Shown: positions 19,221 through 29,021 of the stretch, in pieces
Position numbering within the stretch: the first letter of the stretch is position 1
How the letters are laid out: each line of letters starts with the position of its first letter
Assembly (NCBI GenBank): GCA_963664015.2
Contig: CAXXLF010000002.1
Coordinates: forward strand, 288,001 to 352,000
DNA: 64,000 nucleotides
Direction of reading: 5' to 3'
From: Candidatus Binatia bacterium
GTDB lineage: Bacteria > Desulfobacterota > Binatia > UBA9968 > CAXXLF01
Made by a program: the position numbers and the translations under genes
Notes under the pieces: model-generated
Database searches by the model: none
Told to the model about the DNA's origin: nothing
What the model saw: the letters and a program-made list of their open reading frames with translations, nothing else

Positions 19221-20354
19221 TTAAAGTCTGTAAAATCGAGCGGCGTTCTCCCCGATGAGTTTCTGCTTTACCGTATCGGGCATATCCGATCGTGCCCGCC
19301 AGTTTGCCACAAAAGACCCTTCCGCCGATGCGTCCTCGTGGGGGAAATCCGAAGAGCACATGAGAGCCCCGTCACCCAAATGCTCAAATAGATAGCGAAA
19401 ATCCTCGTCCCCTTCGCAATTGACAAAGGCCCGGCCTGAACGAATAAGCTGTTCCGGATCTTGATAGTGTTCACGATCGATCCCGCTCGCATAGACGGGT
19501 TGACCGGTCTTATCTCTGGACACCGCCACCGGTTTCGAACGCCGTTGTAATTGCTGAACCGTGTAGGGAACCCACCCCGCACCGGTCTCTAAAAATCCCA
19601 CCCGTAGCTTTGGGAAACGAGTGAGAAGGCCCGTTCCCATAACCGCTACGAAACCCCAGATGACGGGTACCGTCGCCGAACAGAAAAAAGCACGTCCATC
19701 ACTAAACAGGTCGGTGACCTGGGGTGAAGACCAACCAAGATGAATACAAATAGGCAGATCATGCTTCTCCGCTGCACTGTAAACAGGATGGAAAGTTGGA
19801 TCGTCCAGGGATCGATCCCAGACCATCCCCATAGTAAAAATTCCAGCAGCGCCAAGATCGCTCACCCGTTGGATTTCTGCCACCGCCGCTTCCGGATCAC
19901 GGAAGGGGATCAACGCCGCCCAACTTAAGCGCCCTTTGGACTTCGCACATGCCTGCGCCAGGTAGGTATTGTACGCATTAAACAAAGCCCCTTCGAGTTT
20001 TATATCGCTTGCCGAAGAGACTAGGAACAAACTAGGGTAAATTATCTGCACGTCGATATTACGCTGATCGAGATCCCCCAGGCGAGCCTCCACATCGGAA
20101 AGTGTCTGAGAGCCTACACTGGCATCATGGGACGCTGTTCTACGGTCACCGGGGACAAGAAACGTGGTCCGCCCACGGGTTCCCAGGGTCGGATAGGTCT
20201 TGCCTTCAATAATCCAGGCTCCGTTGAAATCGCCCCGCACAGTGTCCGCAGGCATAAAAACCGAGACCGGCCTGCGGGGATAAAACTCGCCGGGCAAATC
20301 GGCAAACATCGCTTCGCCTTCAACAATATGGCCATCTGCATCGATTGTACGCAT
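19221..20354 (-). CDS. amidohydrolase_2 family protein
   Basis: IDADGH, ICIH, FLETGAGW and SSDFPH. Confidence 0.88.
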   Translation of the reverse strand: MRTIDADGHIVEGEAMFADLPGEFYPRRPVSVFMPADTVRGDFNGAWIIEGKTYPTLGTRGRTTFLVPGDRRTASHDASVGSQTLSDVEARLGDLDQRNIDVQIIYPSLFLVSSASDIKLEGALFNAYNTYLAQACAKSKGRLSWAALIPFRDPEAAVAEIQRVSDLGAAGIFTMGMVWDRSLDDPTFHPVYSAAEKHDLPICIHLGWSSPQVTDLFSDGRAFFCSATVPVIWGFVAVMGTGLLTRFPKLRVGFLETGAGWVPYTVQQLQRRSKPVAVSRDKTGQPVYASGIDREHYQDPEQLIRSGRAFVNCEGDEDFRYLFEHLGDGALMCSSDFPHEDASAEGSFVANWRARSDMPDTVKQKLIGENAARFYRL

Positions 20355-20408
20355 TGTGGTTTACTCCTTTATAATTCCCCTATTAAACCCATTTGATTCT
20401 CCGAATCG

Positions 20409-20942
20409 TTACCTGCCCGGTGCGTCCTTCTTACCCTTCCAGTCCGGAGAGTTTTCTACCTGCTCGAACATGTTCCCCAGGGCCTTCATGAAGGTATGAT
20501 ACTGGAAAGCCATCCACTTCGCCGGCTGCTCATGTATCTTGTTAAAATGCTGGTGCTCGCAACCCCTGGGTTTGACCGGCAAGGTAATCAGGTCCCATTT
20601 TTCCCAATCGAATCTTTGGCCGTCTACCACCGTGTAACCGTCTCCCTCCAGGACGAGCAGGTGGATGCCTCCCTGATGGCGGTGCTTACCCGATTGGGCC
20701 TTGATGTCGTGAATAAAACAAATCCAGTCCGAGGCAGCCGCATCGTCGGTGTCATGAAAGGATAAAAACATCTTCAGCAAACCCTGTCTATTTTGGCGCC
20801 AGGGAATGTCCTTTCCCCTGAGTACAATCTTACCGGTTCGAGCACGGTTTCTGAGTGCAGCGTAGATTTTTAGCGTCTCATCATAATGCCTGGCATCGTC
20901 CTTTTGGGCAGGTTCCGATTCGCTGACCTTTTCCCTCTCCAA
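20409..20942 (-). CDS. cupin domain protein (tandem copy 3)
   Basis: SGKHRHQGG...EHQHFN. TTG start assigned by alignment with the paralogs (LEREKV vs MERERV). Confidence 0.82.
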   Translation of the reverse strand: MEREKVSESEPAQKDDARHYDETLKIYAALRNRARTGKIVLRGKDIPWRQNRQGLLKMFLSFHDTDDAAASDWICFIHDIKAQSGKHRHQGGIHLLVLEGDGYTVVDGQRFDWEKWDLITLPVKPRGCEHQHFNKIHEQPAKWMAFQYHTFMKALGNMFEQVENSPDWKGKKDAPGR

Positions 20943-20991
20943 CTTCCCTTCTATCCTGTCTCCGGATTCCGACCCGTGAGGTCCACTGGGA

Positions 20992-21525
20992 CTATTTTGA
21001 AGCGGCTCCATCCTTCCCTTTCCAGTCGGGGGAATTCTCCACCTGTTCGAACATGTTTCCCAACGGCTTATTGAAAGGGTCATACTGAAAAGCCATCCAT
21101 TTGGCGGGTTGCCCGGGGACTTTGTTGAAATGTTGGTGTTCGCACCCCCTGGGCTTGACCGGCAAGATGATCAGATCAAATTTCTCCCAGTCGAATCTCT
21201 CTCCATCGACGACCGTGTAACCTTCACCTTCGAGTACAAACAGCTGGATCCCCCCCTGATGCCGGTGTCTCCCGGAGTGAACTTTCACATCATGAATAAA
21301 ACAAATCCAATCTGACGCTGCGGTATCGTCAATTCCATGGGAGGATAGGTAGGTTCTGACCAGCGCTTGCCGGTTCTGGCGCCAGGGTACATCCTTCGCA
21401 CGGATAACGATTTTACCTTCCTTGGCACGATCTCTCAGAGCTGAATATATTTCCAGCGTCTCCTCGTAGTGCCTCGCATCGTCCTTCTGAGCGGGCTCCC
21501 TTTCTCTGACTCTTTCTCTCTCCAT
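20992..21525 (-). CDS. cupin domain protein (tandem copy 2)
   Basis: SGRHRHQGG..LEGEGYT.VDG..FDW...EHQH. Confidence 0.85.
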   Translation of the reverse strand: MERERVREREPAQKDDARHYEETLEIYSALRDRAKEGKIVIRAKDVPWRQNRQALVRTYLSSHGIDDTAASDWICFIHDVKVHSGRHRHQGGIQLFVLEGEGYTVVDGERFDWEKFDLIILPVKPRGCEHQHFNKVPGQPAKWMAFQYDPFNKPLGNMFEQVENSPDWKGKDGAASK

Positions 21526-21539
21526 CGCCTCTCCTTTAT

Positions 21540-22061
21540 TTATCCTTTTTTACTTTTCCAGTCCGGTGAGTCTTTTACCTGCTCGAACATGTTTCCCAAT
21601 GGCTTGTTGAACGGATTATATTGGAAGGCCATCCACTTGGCAGGTTTCCCGGGCTCTTTATTGACATGATGGTGCTCACAGCCATTGGGCTTGACGGGTA
21701 GAATGACCAGGTCCCATTTCTCCCAATCATATTTTTTCCCGTCAACATCGGTCGTACCTTCCCCTTCCAGAATAAACAGCTGGATTCCTCCCTGGTGGCG
21801 GTGTGTCCCTGAATGGGCTTTAATGTCATGAATAAAGCAGATCCAATCCGCCGCCGCCGTGTGGAAGGCGCCATAGGGAGTTAAAAATGTTTTAACCAGT
21901 GCTTGACGGTTCTGACGCCAGGGAATTTCCTTGGCCCGCAACACGATATTTCCGTTCCCTGCACGGGCTCTATCTGCAGCTGTGGTTTTAAGCAAGGCCT
22001 CGTAATCCGGGTCATCAACGACCTGGGCGGGCTCCGCCTCCCTAACCCTTTCTTTTTCCAT
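21540..22061 (-). CDS. cupin domain protein (tandem copy 1)
   Basis: SGTHRHQGG...EHHH; same architecture as the two downstream copies. Confidence 0.85.
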   Translation of the reverse strand: MEKERVREAEPAQVVDDPDYEALLKTTAADRARAGNGNIVLRAKEIPWRQNRQALVKTFLTPYGAFHTAAADWICFIHDIKAHSGTHRHQGGIQLFILEGEGTTDVDGKKYDWEKWDLVILPVKPNGCEHHHVNKEPGKPAKWMAFQYNPFNKPLGNMFEQVKDSPDWKSKKG

Positions 22062-22249
22062 AGTTGCCCTCTAAATTATTCAAAATGACGGCTTAGGTAT
22101 TCCGATAAGACATCTCAGTCCCCGTACCGCCGGCCATCTTACAACGAACCGTATCAACTTGACAAGTTCGCCGAGACCATACTACGGTTCGCAGGGAGTG
22201 CTCTCAAAAACTCTCGGAAACCGTCTCGACATTCAGGAAAGGAATCCCT

Positions 22250-23662
22250 ATGTCCTACAAAAACTTAAGAGATTATTTGGATAGGCTGGAGAGCGATGGA
22301 GACCTCCTTCACATTCACCGTGAAGTGGACCCGGTTTTTGAAACCGCGGCGGTCATTCGCCGCGCTGGAGAAAAGGCCGTTTATTTTCATAATCTCAAAG
22401 GCTCCTCAATGCCCATGGTCGGCAACCTGTTCGGCAACCCCAAGAAGATCGAACTATGCCTGCAACTAGAGCGGGAAACACTCGTGCAGGAATACTGGCG
22501 CCGCTCTCGGACTCCCATTGACCCGGTTGTGGTGAATTCGGGACCTGTTCAAGAGCGGGTATACACGGGAGATGAGGTCAACCTGAACAACCTCCCCATA
22601 CCCATAGCCCACGAATTCGATGGCGGCCGGATCGTCGACTCCGGGCTCGCCATAGCGCGCGACCCGGAATTGGGTTACAACCTTTCCATCCACCGGCTTC
22701 ACCTCAAGGGTCCCCAAAAGACCGGAATCCTTTGCGGAAAGGTCCAACACCTGGGTCACTACATGACCAGGGCCTGGGAAAAAGGAAAGCGTCTGGAGAT
22801 CGCCATCGTCATTGGTGCCGATCCCGTTCTCTACATCGCGTCCCAATCCCGAATGGGTTTCGGCATCAACGAGCTCCAGCTAGCCGGTGGCTTACGCGAA
22901 TCCCCCGTGGAGCTGGTCCAGTGTAAAACCGTGGATCTTGCCGTACCGGCTCATGCCGAAATCGTTCTTGAAGGTTATATACAAGGAGGTGAGCAAGAGC
23001 CCGAGGGACCTTACGGTGAATTTCCCGGCTATTATGGCTCTTCTGAGGCGTCTCCAGTCGTTCATTATACAGCCATCACGACACGACCGGATCCCATCTA
23101 CCAGATGATCCTCATCGGAAAGCCACCAACGGAGAACAACTACCTGACCCTGATGCCCAAGACCGCAACCGTCTATCAAATCATACGGGAGTGTGTAAAC
23201 GAGGTCCGTGATATTTATATTACCCCAGGCAGTTGCGGAACCTATCACTGCATCATTGCAATCAAAAAATGCTTTGACGCCGAGCCCCGCCGTGCAATCC
23301 TTGCGGCACTATCCGCCAGGAATGGACTGCGCCAGGTCATCGTCGTCGATGACGATATCGATATACGAAATTCTGTGGAGGTTGAATGGGCCGTGGCCAC
23401 ACGCAGCGAATTTCGAAAAGACGCGATCTTTGCAGACGACATGTACGGGGGTCTCAACCCTGCACCCATGGGAAAAGCCGGCCGGAAGACCACTACCACT
23501 TATGGAATCGATGCAACCTTACCACTCGATCGAGAGTACCCGCAAGTATGCGATGTCCATCAAGAGACTCTCAAAAGGGTAGACGCCGAGTGGGACAGTT
23601 ACATTGCAAGTCCCGATTCGGCTCCCCTGGGAAAACGAAAGATCGCTGGCCAAGGCGGTTAG
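22250..23662 (+). CDS. UbiD family (prFMN-dependent) decarboxylase
   Basis: SIHRL, EGPYGEFPGYY and VVDDDIDI....VEWAVATR. Confidence 0.93.
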   Translation: MSYKNLRDYLDRLESDGDLLHIHREVDPVFETAAVIRRAGEKAVYFHNLKGSSMPMVGNLFGNPKKIELCLQLERETLVQEYWRRSRTPIDPVVVNSGPVQERVYTGDEVNLNNLPIPIAHEFDGGRIVDSGLAIARDPELGYNLSIHRLHLKGPQKTGILCGKVQHLGHYMTRAWEKGKRLEIAIVIGADPVLYIASQSRMGFGINELQLAGGLRESPVELVQCKTVDLAVPAHAEIVLEGYIQGGEQEPEGPYGEFPGYYGSSEASPVVHYTAITTRPDPIYQMILIGKPPTENNYLTLMPKTATVYQIIRECVNEVRDIYITPGSCGTYHCIIAIKKCFDAEPRRAILAALSARNGLRQVIVVDDDIDIRNSVEVEWAVATRSEFRKDAIFADDMYGGLNPAPMGKAGRKTTTTYGIDATLPLDREYPQVCDVHQETLKRVDAEWDSYIASPDSAPLGKRKIAGQGG

Positions 23663-23685
23663 TAAATAGGGCAGCAGGGTGTGGA

Positions 23686-24444
23686 TTAGAGCATCTGACT
23701 GCCGCCGTTAACAGCGATGGTCTGGCCGGTTATAAAATCGCTTTCCCCCGAGCTCAAAAACACTATGGTTCCTACCAGGTCCTGTGGAGTTTCAACTTTT
23801 TTAATACACCCCGCCTGGGACCGTTGCTCATACTGCTTCATACCGGCATCGTCCACATCGTCGAGACTCAAGGTAAGCCCTGGCGCCACCGCATTGACGC
23901 AGATGTTCCAATCACCCACTTCGCGGGCAATACATCGGGTAAAGCCGATCACCGCCGCCTTCGAGGTCACATAGTGTGCGAACCTGGGCGTCCCCTGGAG
24001 AACCGTACCCGAACTAATATTCACGATTTTCCCGTACTTCCGCTGCTTCATTGCAGGTAAGACCGCCCGGGTGCAGAGAAAAACACCGCGCACGTTCACG
24101 GCCATCACCCGGTCCCATTCCTCTACCGAAATATTTTCGAAGGGCCCACGGGTAACGGAAGGACGCTGAAAACAGGCGGCATTATTGACCAGCCCATCGA
24201 TTCGTCCGAAGCGATCCATTGTCGCCTTAACCATTTTTTCCGTTGCCTCCAATTGGGACACATCCACCGCCAAGGGGAGGGCTTCCGCCGCCCCAAGCTC
24301 CTCGGCTGTCCGCTCGGCAAGCGACCCGTCAATATCTGCCACCACCAGCTTGGCTCCTTCTCGAGCCAATCCCTGGCAGTAGGCCTTACCGATTCCCTGA
24401 GCACCCCCGGTAACAATAATCACTCGATCCGAAAGTCTGGCCAC
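23686..24444 (-). CDS. SDR family oxidoreductase
   Basis: TGGAQGIG, NNA and YVTSK. Confidence 0.92.
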   Translation of the reverse strand: MARLSDRVIIVTGGAQGIGKAYCQGLAREGAKLVVADIDGSLAERTAEELGAAEALPLAVDVSQLEATEKMVKATMDRFGRIDGLVNNAACFQRPSVTRGPFENISVEEWDRVMAVNVRGVFLCTRAVLPAMKQRKYGKIVNISSGTVLQGTPRFAHYVTSKAAVIGFTRCIAREVGDWNICVNAVAPGLTLSLDDVDDAGMKQYEQRSQAGCIKKVETPQDLVGTIVFLSSGESDFITGQTIAVNGGSQML

Positions 24445-24499
24445 GAGTCACCTCCTGTGTTTTCTAACCTTTTATGATGAGCTTAAACCGGTTTGCCGG

Positions 24500-24952
24500 T
24501 TACTTCACTATCTTCCTTAAAAAGTCCTGAATCTCCTTCCTCTTGGACACCCATTTTTCCTTATAGTTCATTTGATATTTAGCGATATTCTGAACCCGTG
24601 GGATGATTCTTGGATTGAGATGATCCTGTGACAGATCAACACGCCGGCTCCAGTTCCCGGAGGCGCGAGTCCATTGGGTTTGGGTTTCACGACTCAGCAA
24701 CCAGTTGATGTAAACCTTGGCCGCATTGGGATGGGGAGAACGATTCACCAACCCCATACTTGCGGAACCCGAGATGACATAACTGCCCTCTTTCATCTTG
24801 TCGGCGGTCTGTATTTCGCACGGTAAGCCTTGCTTCTTGAGTGCTTCATAAATGGATGAGCTAAAGGCAAGACCCACTGGATTGTCCCCTCTGGCAACCC
24901 ACTCTAACTGTTGCGTGGTAATTAGCGATCCATCTTCAATAGATTTCCCCAT
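24500..24952 (-). pseudogene. C-terminal fragment of an ABC transporter solute-binding protein (Fe3+/AfuA-like)
   Basis: SPHPNAAKVYINWLLSRETQ is the SBP C-terminal motif. The N-terminal two-thirds and signal peptide are absent, and the fragment abuts the UbiD 3' end. Confidence 0.75.
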
Positions 24953-26358
24953 CGTTTGAGGGCATTGGCCTCCGCTTCCTTATTGATAGTGATGGCGGGA
25001 GCAAACTCCGCTAGCCTTTCATAGGGTCGCGTGGCATCGATGAGCATTCTTGATGTGAAGGCGGGTGCACCATTGGGCACCGCCGGATCTAAAATGCTAC
25101 TGGGCACTCTCCTCAAGATATCGACATCGATTCCCGGGTCGAATCGAGTACAAACCGCCCACATGAGGTCTTCCAGGTTGGTAATGTCGACGTCGTCATC
25201 CACCACGATAACAATCTTGCTATGCATAACGCTGTAGGCATTGCTCGCCGTCACCAGAACCTGCTTTGCGTGACCCGGGTACTGCTGTTTAATCGACAAC
25301 GCTACAAACATCTGTGCAGCGCCGCAGTCGTGGTTCCAGGCACCGAGGACCCCGGGGACCCCCATTCCCTTGAGTTCTTCCTCCAGGGAGGCAGATTTCA
25401 ATATAGAATGGACGAACGTGCTCTCGTTGGGTGGACGCGTGGGAGGGGATCCCAGGACAATGGGTTGGGACCGATAATAAATCGCCTCCACATCCATACA
25501 AGGCTCGTCACGCTGTCCCGATCCGTAGTAACCTGTAAATTCTCCAAAGGGCCCTTCCGTACGCTTGTTGTTGGGCTGAAAATGCCCCTCCAAGACAACC
25601 TCTGCATCGGCCGGCAGAGGAAGTCCTGTCTTCTCTCCGGTAAACACCGAGATTGCCTCGCCCTTAATACCGCCGGCCAGATCGTATTCGCTTTGGTTTG
25701 GCGGAACCCCCAGGGAACTGGCACTGAGAAATACCAGTGGGTCCTGGCCCAACACAATGGCCACGGGACAGGGTTTGCCTTCGTCAAGGTACTTTCTCCG
25801 AATAATGGAGCCGTGGTGACTCGAGCCGATATAGACGGTCAATTCACTCTTTCCTTGAAGCTGAACCCTGTAAGTTCCCAAATTCACCCACCCAGTGTCG
25901 GGGTCCTTGAATATCACCACGCACCCGGTACCTATGTAACGTCCCCCGTCCTCGTCATGCCAAAAGGGCGCAGGAAAGAGACCTAAATCGACATCAGCAC
26001 CCCCAAGGCGATTTTCCATGACCGGTGGATTGTCAACCAATCGGGGGGGAATGGGAACGAGCCCCTTCCACTTCGCCTTCCACTTATCAACCAATTCTCT
26101 GTAACCACTGACATCCCCGAGACGGAGGGTGTGCGCTAGCCGACGGGTAGACCCCAGCGTGTTGACCAGAATACGAAATCCCACCTGATGGTCGGGAATC
26201 TCATCGAACAGCAGGGCGGGCCCCTGCTTTTGTCGCCGTGCAAGTTGAGTCAACACCCCGATTTCCTGGTTCCAGTGAGCCCCTTTCACATCGAGGACTT
26301 CACCGGTTTCTCGAAATTGGTCTATCCATTGCCTTAAATTCTGGTACTGATTGTCCAT
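24922..26358 (-). CDS. UbiD family decarboxylase
   Basis: DGGRYIGT, NLGTYR, EGPFGEFTGYY and VVDDDVD. Confidence 0.93.
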   Translation of the reverse strand: MDNQYQNLRQWIDQFRETGEVLDVKGAHWNQEIGVLTQLARRQKQGPALLFDEIPDHQVGFRILVNTLGSTRRLAHTLRLGDVSGYRELVDKWKAKWKGLVPIPPRLVDNPPVMENRLGGADVDLGLFPAPFWHDEDGGRYIGTGCVVIFKDPDTGWVNLGTYRVQLQGKSELTVYIGSSHHGSIIRRKYLDEGKPCPVAIVLGQDPLVFLSASSLGVPPNQSEYDLAGGIKGEAISVFTGEKTGLPLPADAEVVLEGHFQPNNKRTEGPFGEFTGYYGSGQRDEPCMDVEAIYYRSQPIVLGSPPTRPPNESTFVHSILKSASLEEELKGMGVPGVLGAWNHDCGAAQMFVALSIKQQYPGHAKQVLVTASNAYSVMHSKIVIVVDDDVDITNLEDLMWAVCTRFDPGIDVDILRRVPSSILDPAVPNGAPAFTSRMLIDATRPYERLAEFAPAITINKEAEANALKRWGNLLKMDR

Positions 26359-26555
26359 CTCAAATCCTTCAACTCATTGTGTCTGGGCGAGTCCAGTAAC
26401 GGTACCGAGGGGAATCATCTATCTGACATTTCTTTAAATATTTCGATAGAATTGCGCGGATTCTAGTTCAGCCTAGGCAGTCTGTCAAGGATAGACCCTG
26501 CCATCCCCGTACCATGGGTTCTGGAACGGAAGATTCGTCGTTACCTGTCCTTACC

Positions 26556-27281
26556 TTAGGGCATCTTCTCCAAAAGACACCCGTATCCTTTTTGCCGCTG
26601 GCGCACACTGAGCCTTTTTTGTATAGCCCAACACCGTGCCGTTACTGGATGGACGACTGGGACCCCCAGGTCCTGCTCAAGCAAATCGATAATATCGAGA
26701 GTGCGCCATCCGGAACCCAGCATGTAGATTCCCTCTGCCTTCGGGCTTCCGAGAAAGGCCCGCTTGGTATGGGCGTAGACCTCCTGAGAAGAGAGCTTGC
26801 CTACGTCTTGGAAGGGTACGGAAATGCCAGCCATATCGGCAACGTCAAATCCTGCCTGAGTAAAGTAACGGGTAAACGTATCATTGATCGTCCCCGTGAA
26901 ATAGGTCACACCCACAAAACGCCTTACATTCAAGGCCTTCAGGGCCTCGACCTGCGTCGTTCCCGAGGTGATGACGGGAATGCCATGCTTAGCCTCCCAC
27001 TGTTTCAGGATTGCCTGTTCTCCCTGATAACCGTGAACCATAAAAGGCGGCCCTCCCTCGGGATGGATCAAGTCCACCTCGGCCTCTGCCAATTCGGCTA
27101 TCTTGGTTTCATAAGCCGCCATCACCTCTCGGAACTCGTCCTCGGTACCCCTTTTAATGCCAACGAACAGAGGGATCACCCCGATGCCTTCAGGAAGTAG
27201 ACGAATGAGCTCCTCCAGGGATCCCGGCCTTAGCGTGGGTTTGATCAATCCCACTGTGCCTCGCCAACTCATATAAGCCAT
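26556..27281 (-). CDS. maleate isomerase/arylmalonate decarboxylase (Asp/Glu racemase fold) family protein, Cys-less variant
   Basis: GLIKP, ALKALNVRR, YFTQAGFDV and IDLLEQDLGVPVV. The usual catalytic Cys positions read HPEGG and LGSGW. Confidence 0.78.
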   Translation of the reverse strand: MAYMSWRGTVGLIKPTLRPGSLEELIRLLPEGIGVIPLFVGIKRGTEDEFREVMAAYETKIAELAEAEVDLIHPEGGPPFMVHGYQGEQAILKQWEAKHGIPVITSGTTQVEALKALNVRRFVGVTYFTGTINDTFTRYFTQAGFDVADMAGISVPFQDVGKLSSQEVYAHTKRAFLGSPKAEGIYMLGSGWRTLDIIDLLEQDLGVPVVHPVTARCWAIQKRLSVRQRQKGYGCLLEKMP

Positions 27282-27519
27282 TTATTCTCCATTGCCTCTT
27301 ACGCGCTTCTGTCATCAGACTTGTTGTGATTCACACTCCGATCCTCCCATTAAAGGACTGCCTTGGGCTTGTCAACCTATCGCTCCTATGGCAGCAAGGG
27401 ATCCTGCGAACTAACGAATTTCATCATGTTTGCACGCCAATCTACCGATGTTATATTGTTTCTAAATTACGAAGCGCAAGTCGACAACGCCTAGACCGTC
27501 TTGAAGGAGAGTCGCCTTT

Positions 27520-28911
27520 ATGCAGGAAGAGTCCTATGAGCTAACGGTGATTGGGGGCGGCCCCGCAGGTTACACCGCGGCAATCCGAGCCGCCCAACTT
27601 GGATTAAAGACCGCTCTGGTTGAAAAAGAACGACCGGGCGGCGTTTGCCTCAACTGGGGCTGTATACCGTCCAAAGCCATTCTCCATTGCGCCGAAATGG
27701 TCGAATCCTACCGCGAGAGCGCGAAGTACGGGATTCATTGTGACGGCATCTCCGTAGATTATCCCAAGGTCATTGACTACAGCCGAAAGGTTGCGGACCG
27801 GCTGGCTAAGGGCGTCGAATCTCTCCTCAAGAAAAATCACATCAAGCTATTTTTGGGCATCGGTAGCCTCCTGGCACCTGGGGAAGTACTGGTTCAAGGA
27901 AAAACAGAGATCAAGATCCTATCCTCCAAGATACTTCTCGCTGCAGGGAGCAAGGAAAGGCTCCTCCCCGGGTTGGAGATCGATGGCGAAACCATTGTGA
28001 CCAGTCGAGAGGCACTCGCACGAAAGAATCTCCCAAAGTCGGTCTTGATTATCGGAGGAGGCGCCATCGGGGTGGAGTTCGCCTATGCCTTCAAAAGTTT
28101 CGGGGCCGAGACCACCGTAGTCGAAATGATGGACAGACTATTGCCGGAAATGGACGAAGAACTGGGACGGGAACTTGAGCGGGCCTTTAAAAAGAAAAAG
28201 ATCCGCGTTCTCACCCAAACTAGATATAAGGCAAATCAACGGGAGAAAGGTACTGTAACGGTTACCGTTGAGGGGAAAGACAAAAAAGAGAGTTCCCTCG
28301 CCGTCGAACTGGTCCTGGTAGCGGTGGGGCGGGCGCCTCTGACGGAGGGTCTCCAGCTGGAAAGGCTAAAGATCGAAACGGACAGAGGATTTATTAAAAT
28401 CGACGATCAATACCAAACCAGTTGTAAAGGCATTTATGCCGTAGGCGACGTCACGGGTCCGCCCCTGCTCGCGCATTTTGCCTCCGCGGAGGGGATCGCC
28501 GCCGTGGAGATGATGCTCGGCAAGGACAGGAAAAAGGTTCAGCGGCATGAGATTCCCGCCTGCGTCTACTGCCAACCGGAGGTGGCAAGCGTTGGGTTGA
28601 GTGAGAAACAAGCAAGGGAAACAGGCCAGGCCGTCAAGGTCGGCCGGTTCCACTTCCGTGCCGCGGGGAAAGCCGTGGCTACAGACCACATCGATGGCTG
28701 GGTGAAAGTAATTTCCGGTGAGGATGGAAGGATCCTGGGGACCCAGATGATCGGTAAGGGGGTTACCGAGCTCGTGGCCGAGGCTGGCGTGGCACAACAC
28801 CTGGGGGCCACCGTGGGTGACATAGGCCGAACCGTTCATGCCCACCCGACTCTTTCAGAGGCGCTCATGGAAGCATCTCTGAACGCTCTGGGAGAGGGCA
28901 TCAACTCTTAA
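27520..28911 (+). CDS. lpdA: dihydrolipoyl dehydrogenase
   Basis: GGGPAG, GGVCLNWGCIPSK, GGGAIG.E and HAHPTLSE. Confidence 0.95.
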   Translation: MQEESYELTVIGGGPAGYTAAIRAAQLGLKTALVEKERPGGVCLNWGCIPSKAILHCAEMVESYRESAKYGIHCDGISVDYPKVIDYSRKVADRLAKGVESLLKKNHIKLFLGIGSLLAPGEVLVQGKTEIKILSSKILLAAGSKERLLPGLEIDGETIVTSREALARKNLPKSVLIIGGGAIGVEFAYAFKSFGAETTVVEMMDRLLPEMDEELGRELERAFKKKKIRVLTQTRYKANQREKGTVTVTVEGKDKKESSLAVELVLVAVGRAPLTEGLQLERLKIETDRGFIKIDDQYQTSCKGIYAVGDVTGPPLLAHFASAEGIAAVEMMLGKDRKKVQRHEIPACVYCQPEVASVGLSEKQARETGQAVKVGRFHFRAAGKAVATDHIDGWVKVISGEDGRILGTQMIGKGVTELVAEAGVAQHLGATVGDIGRTVHAHPTLSEALMEASLNALGEGINS

Positions 28912-29021
28912 TAACAGGATCCTCTTGCGATAGCCCCAATACATAACTTGACAGTGAGGTTCCAACATGCAGAATCAGCTAACTCGAGGCCATCCACTTC
29001 ATCAAAAATATTGGAGAGCTT

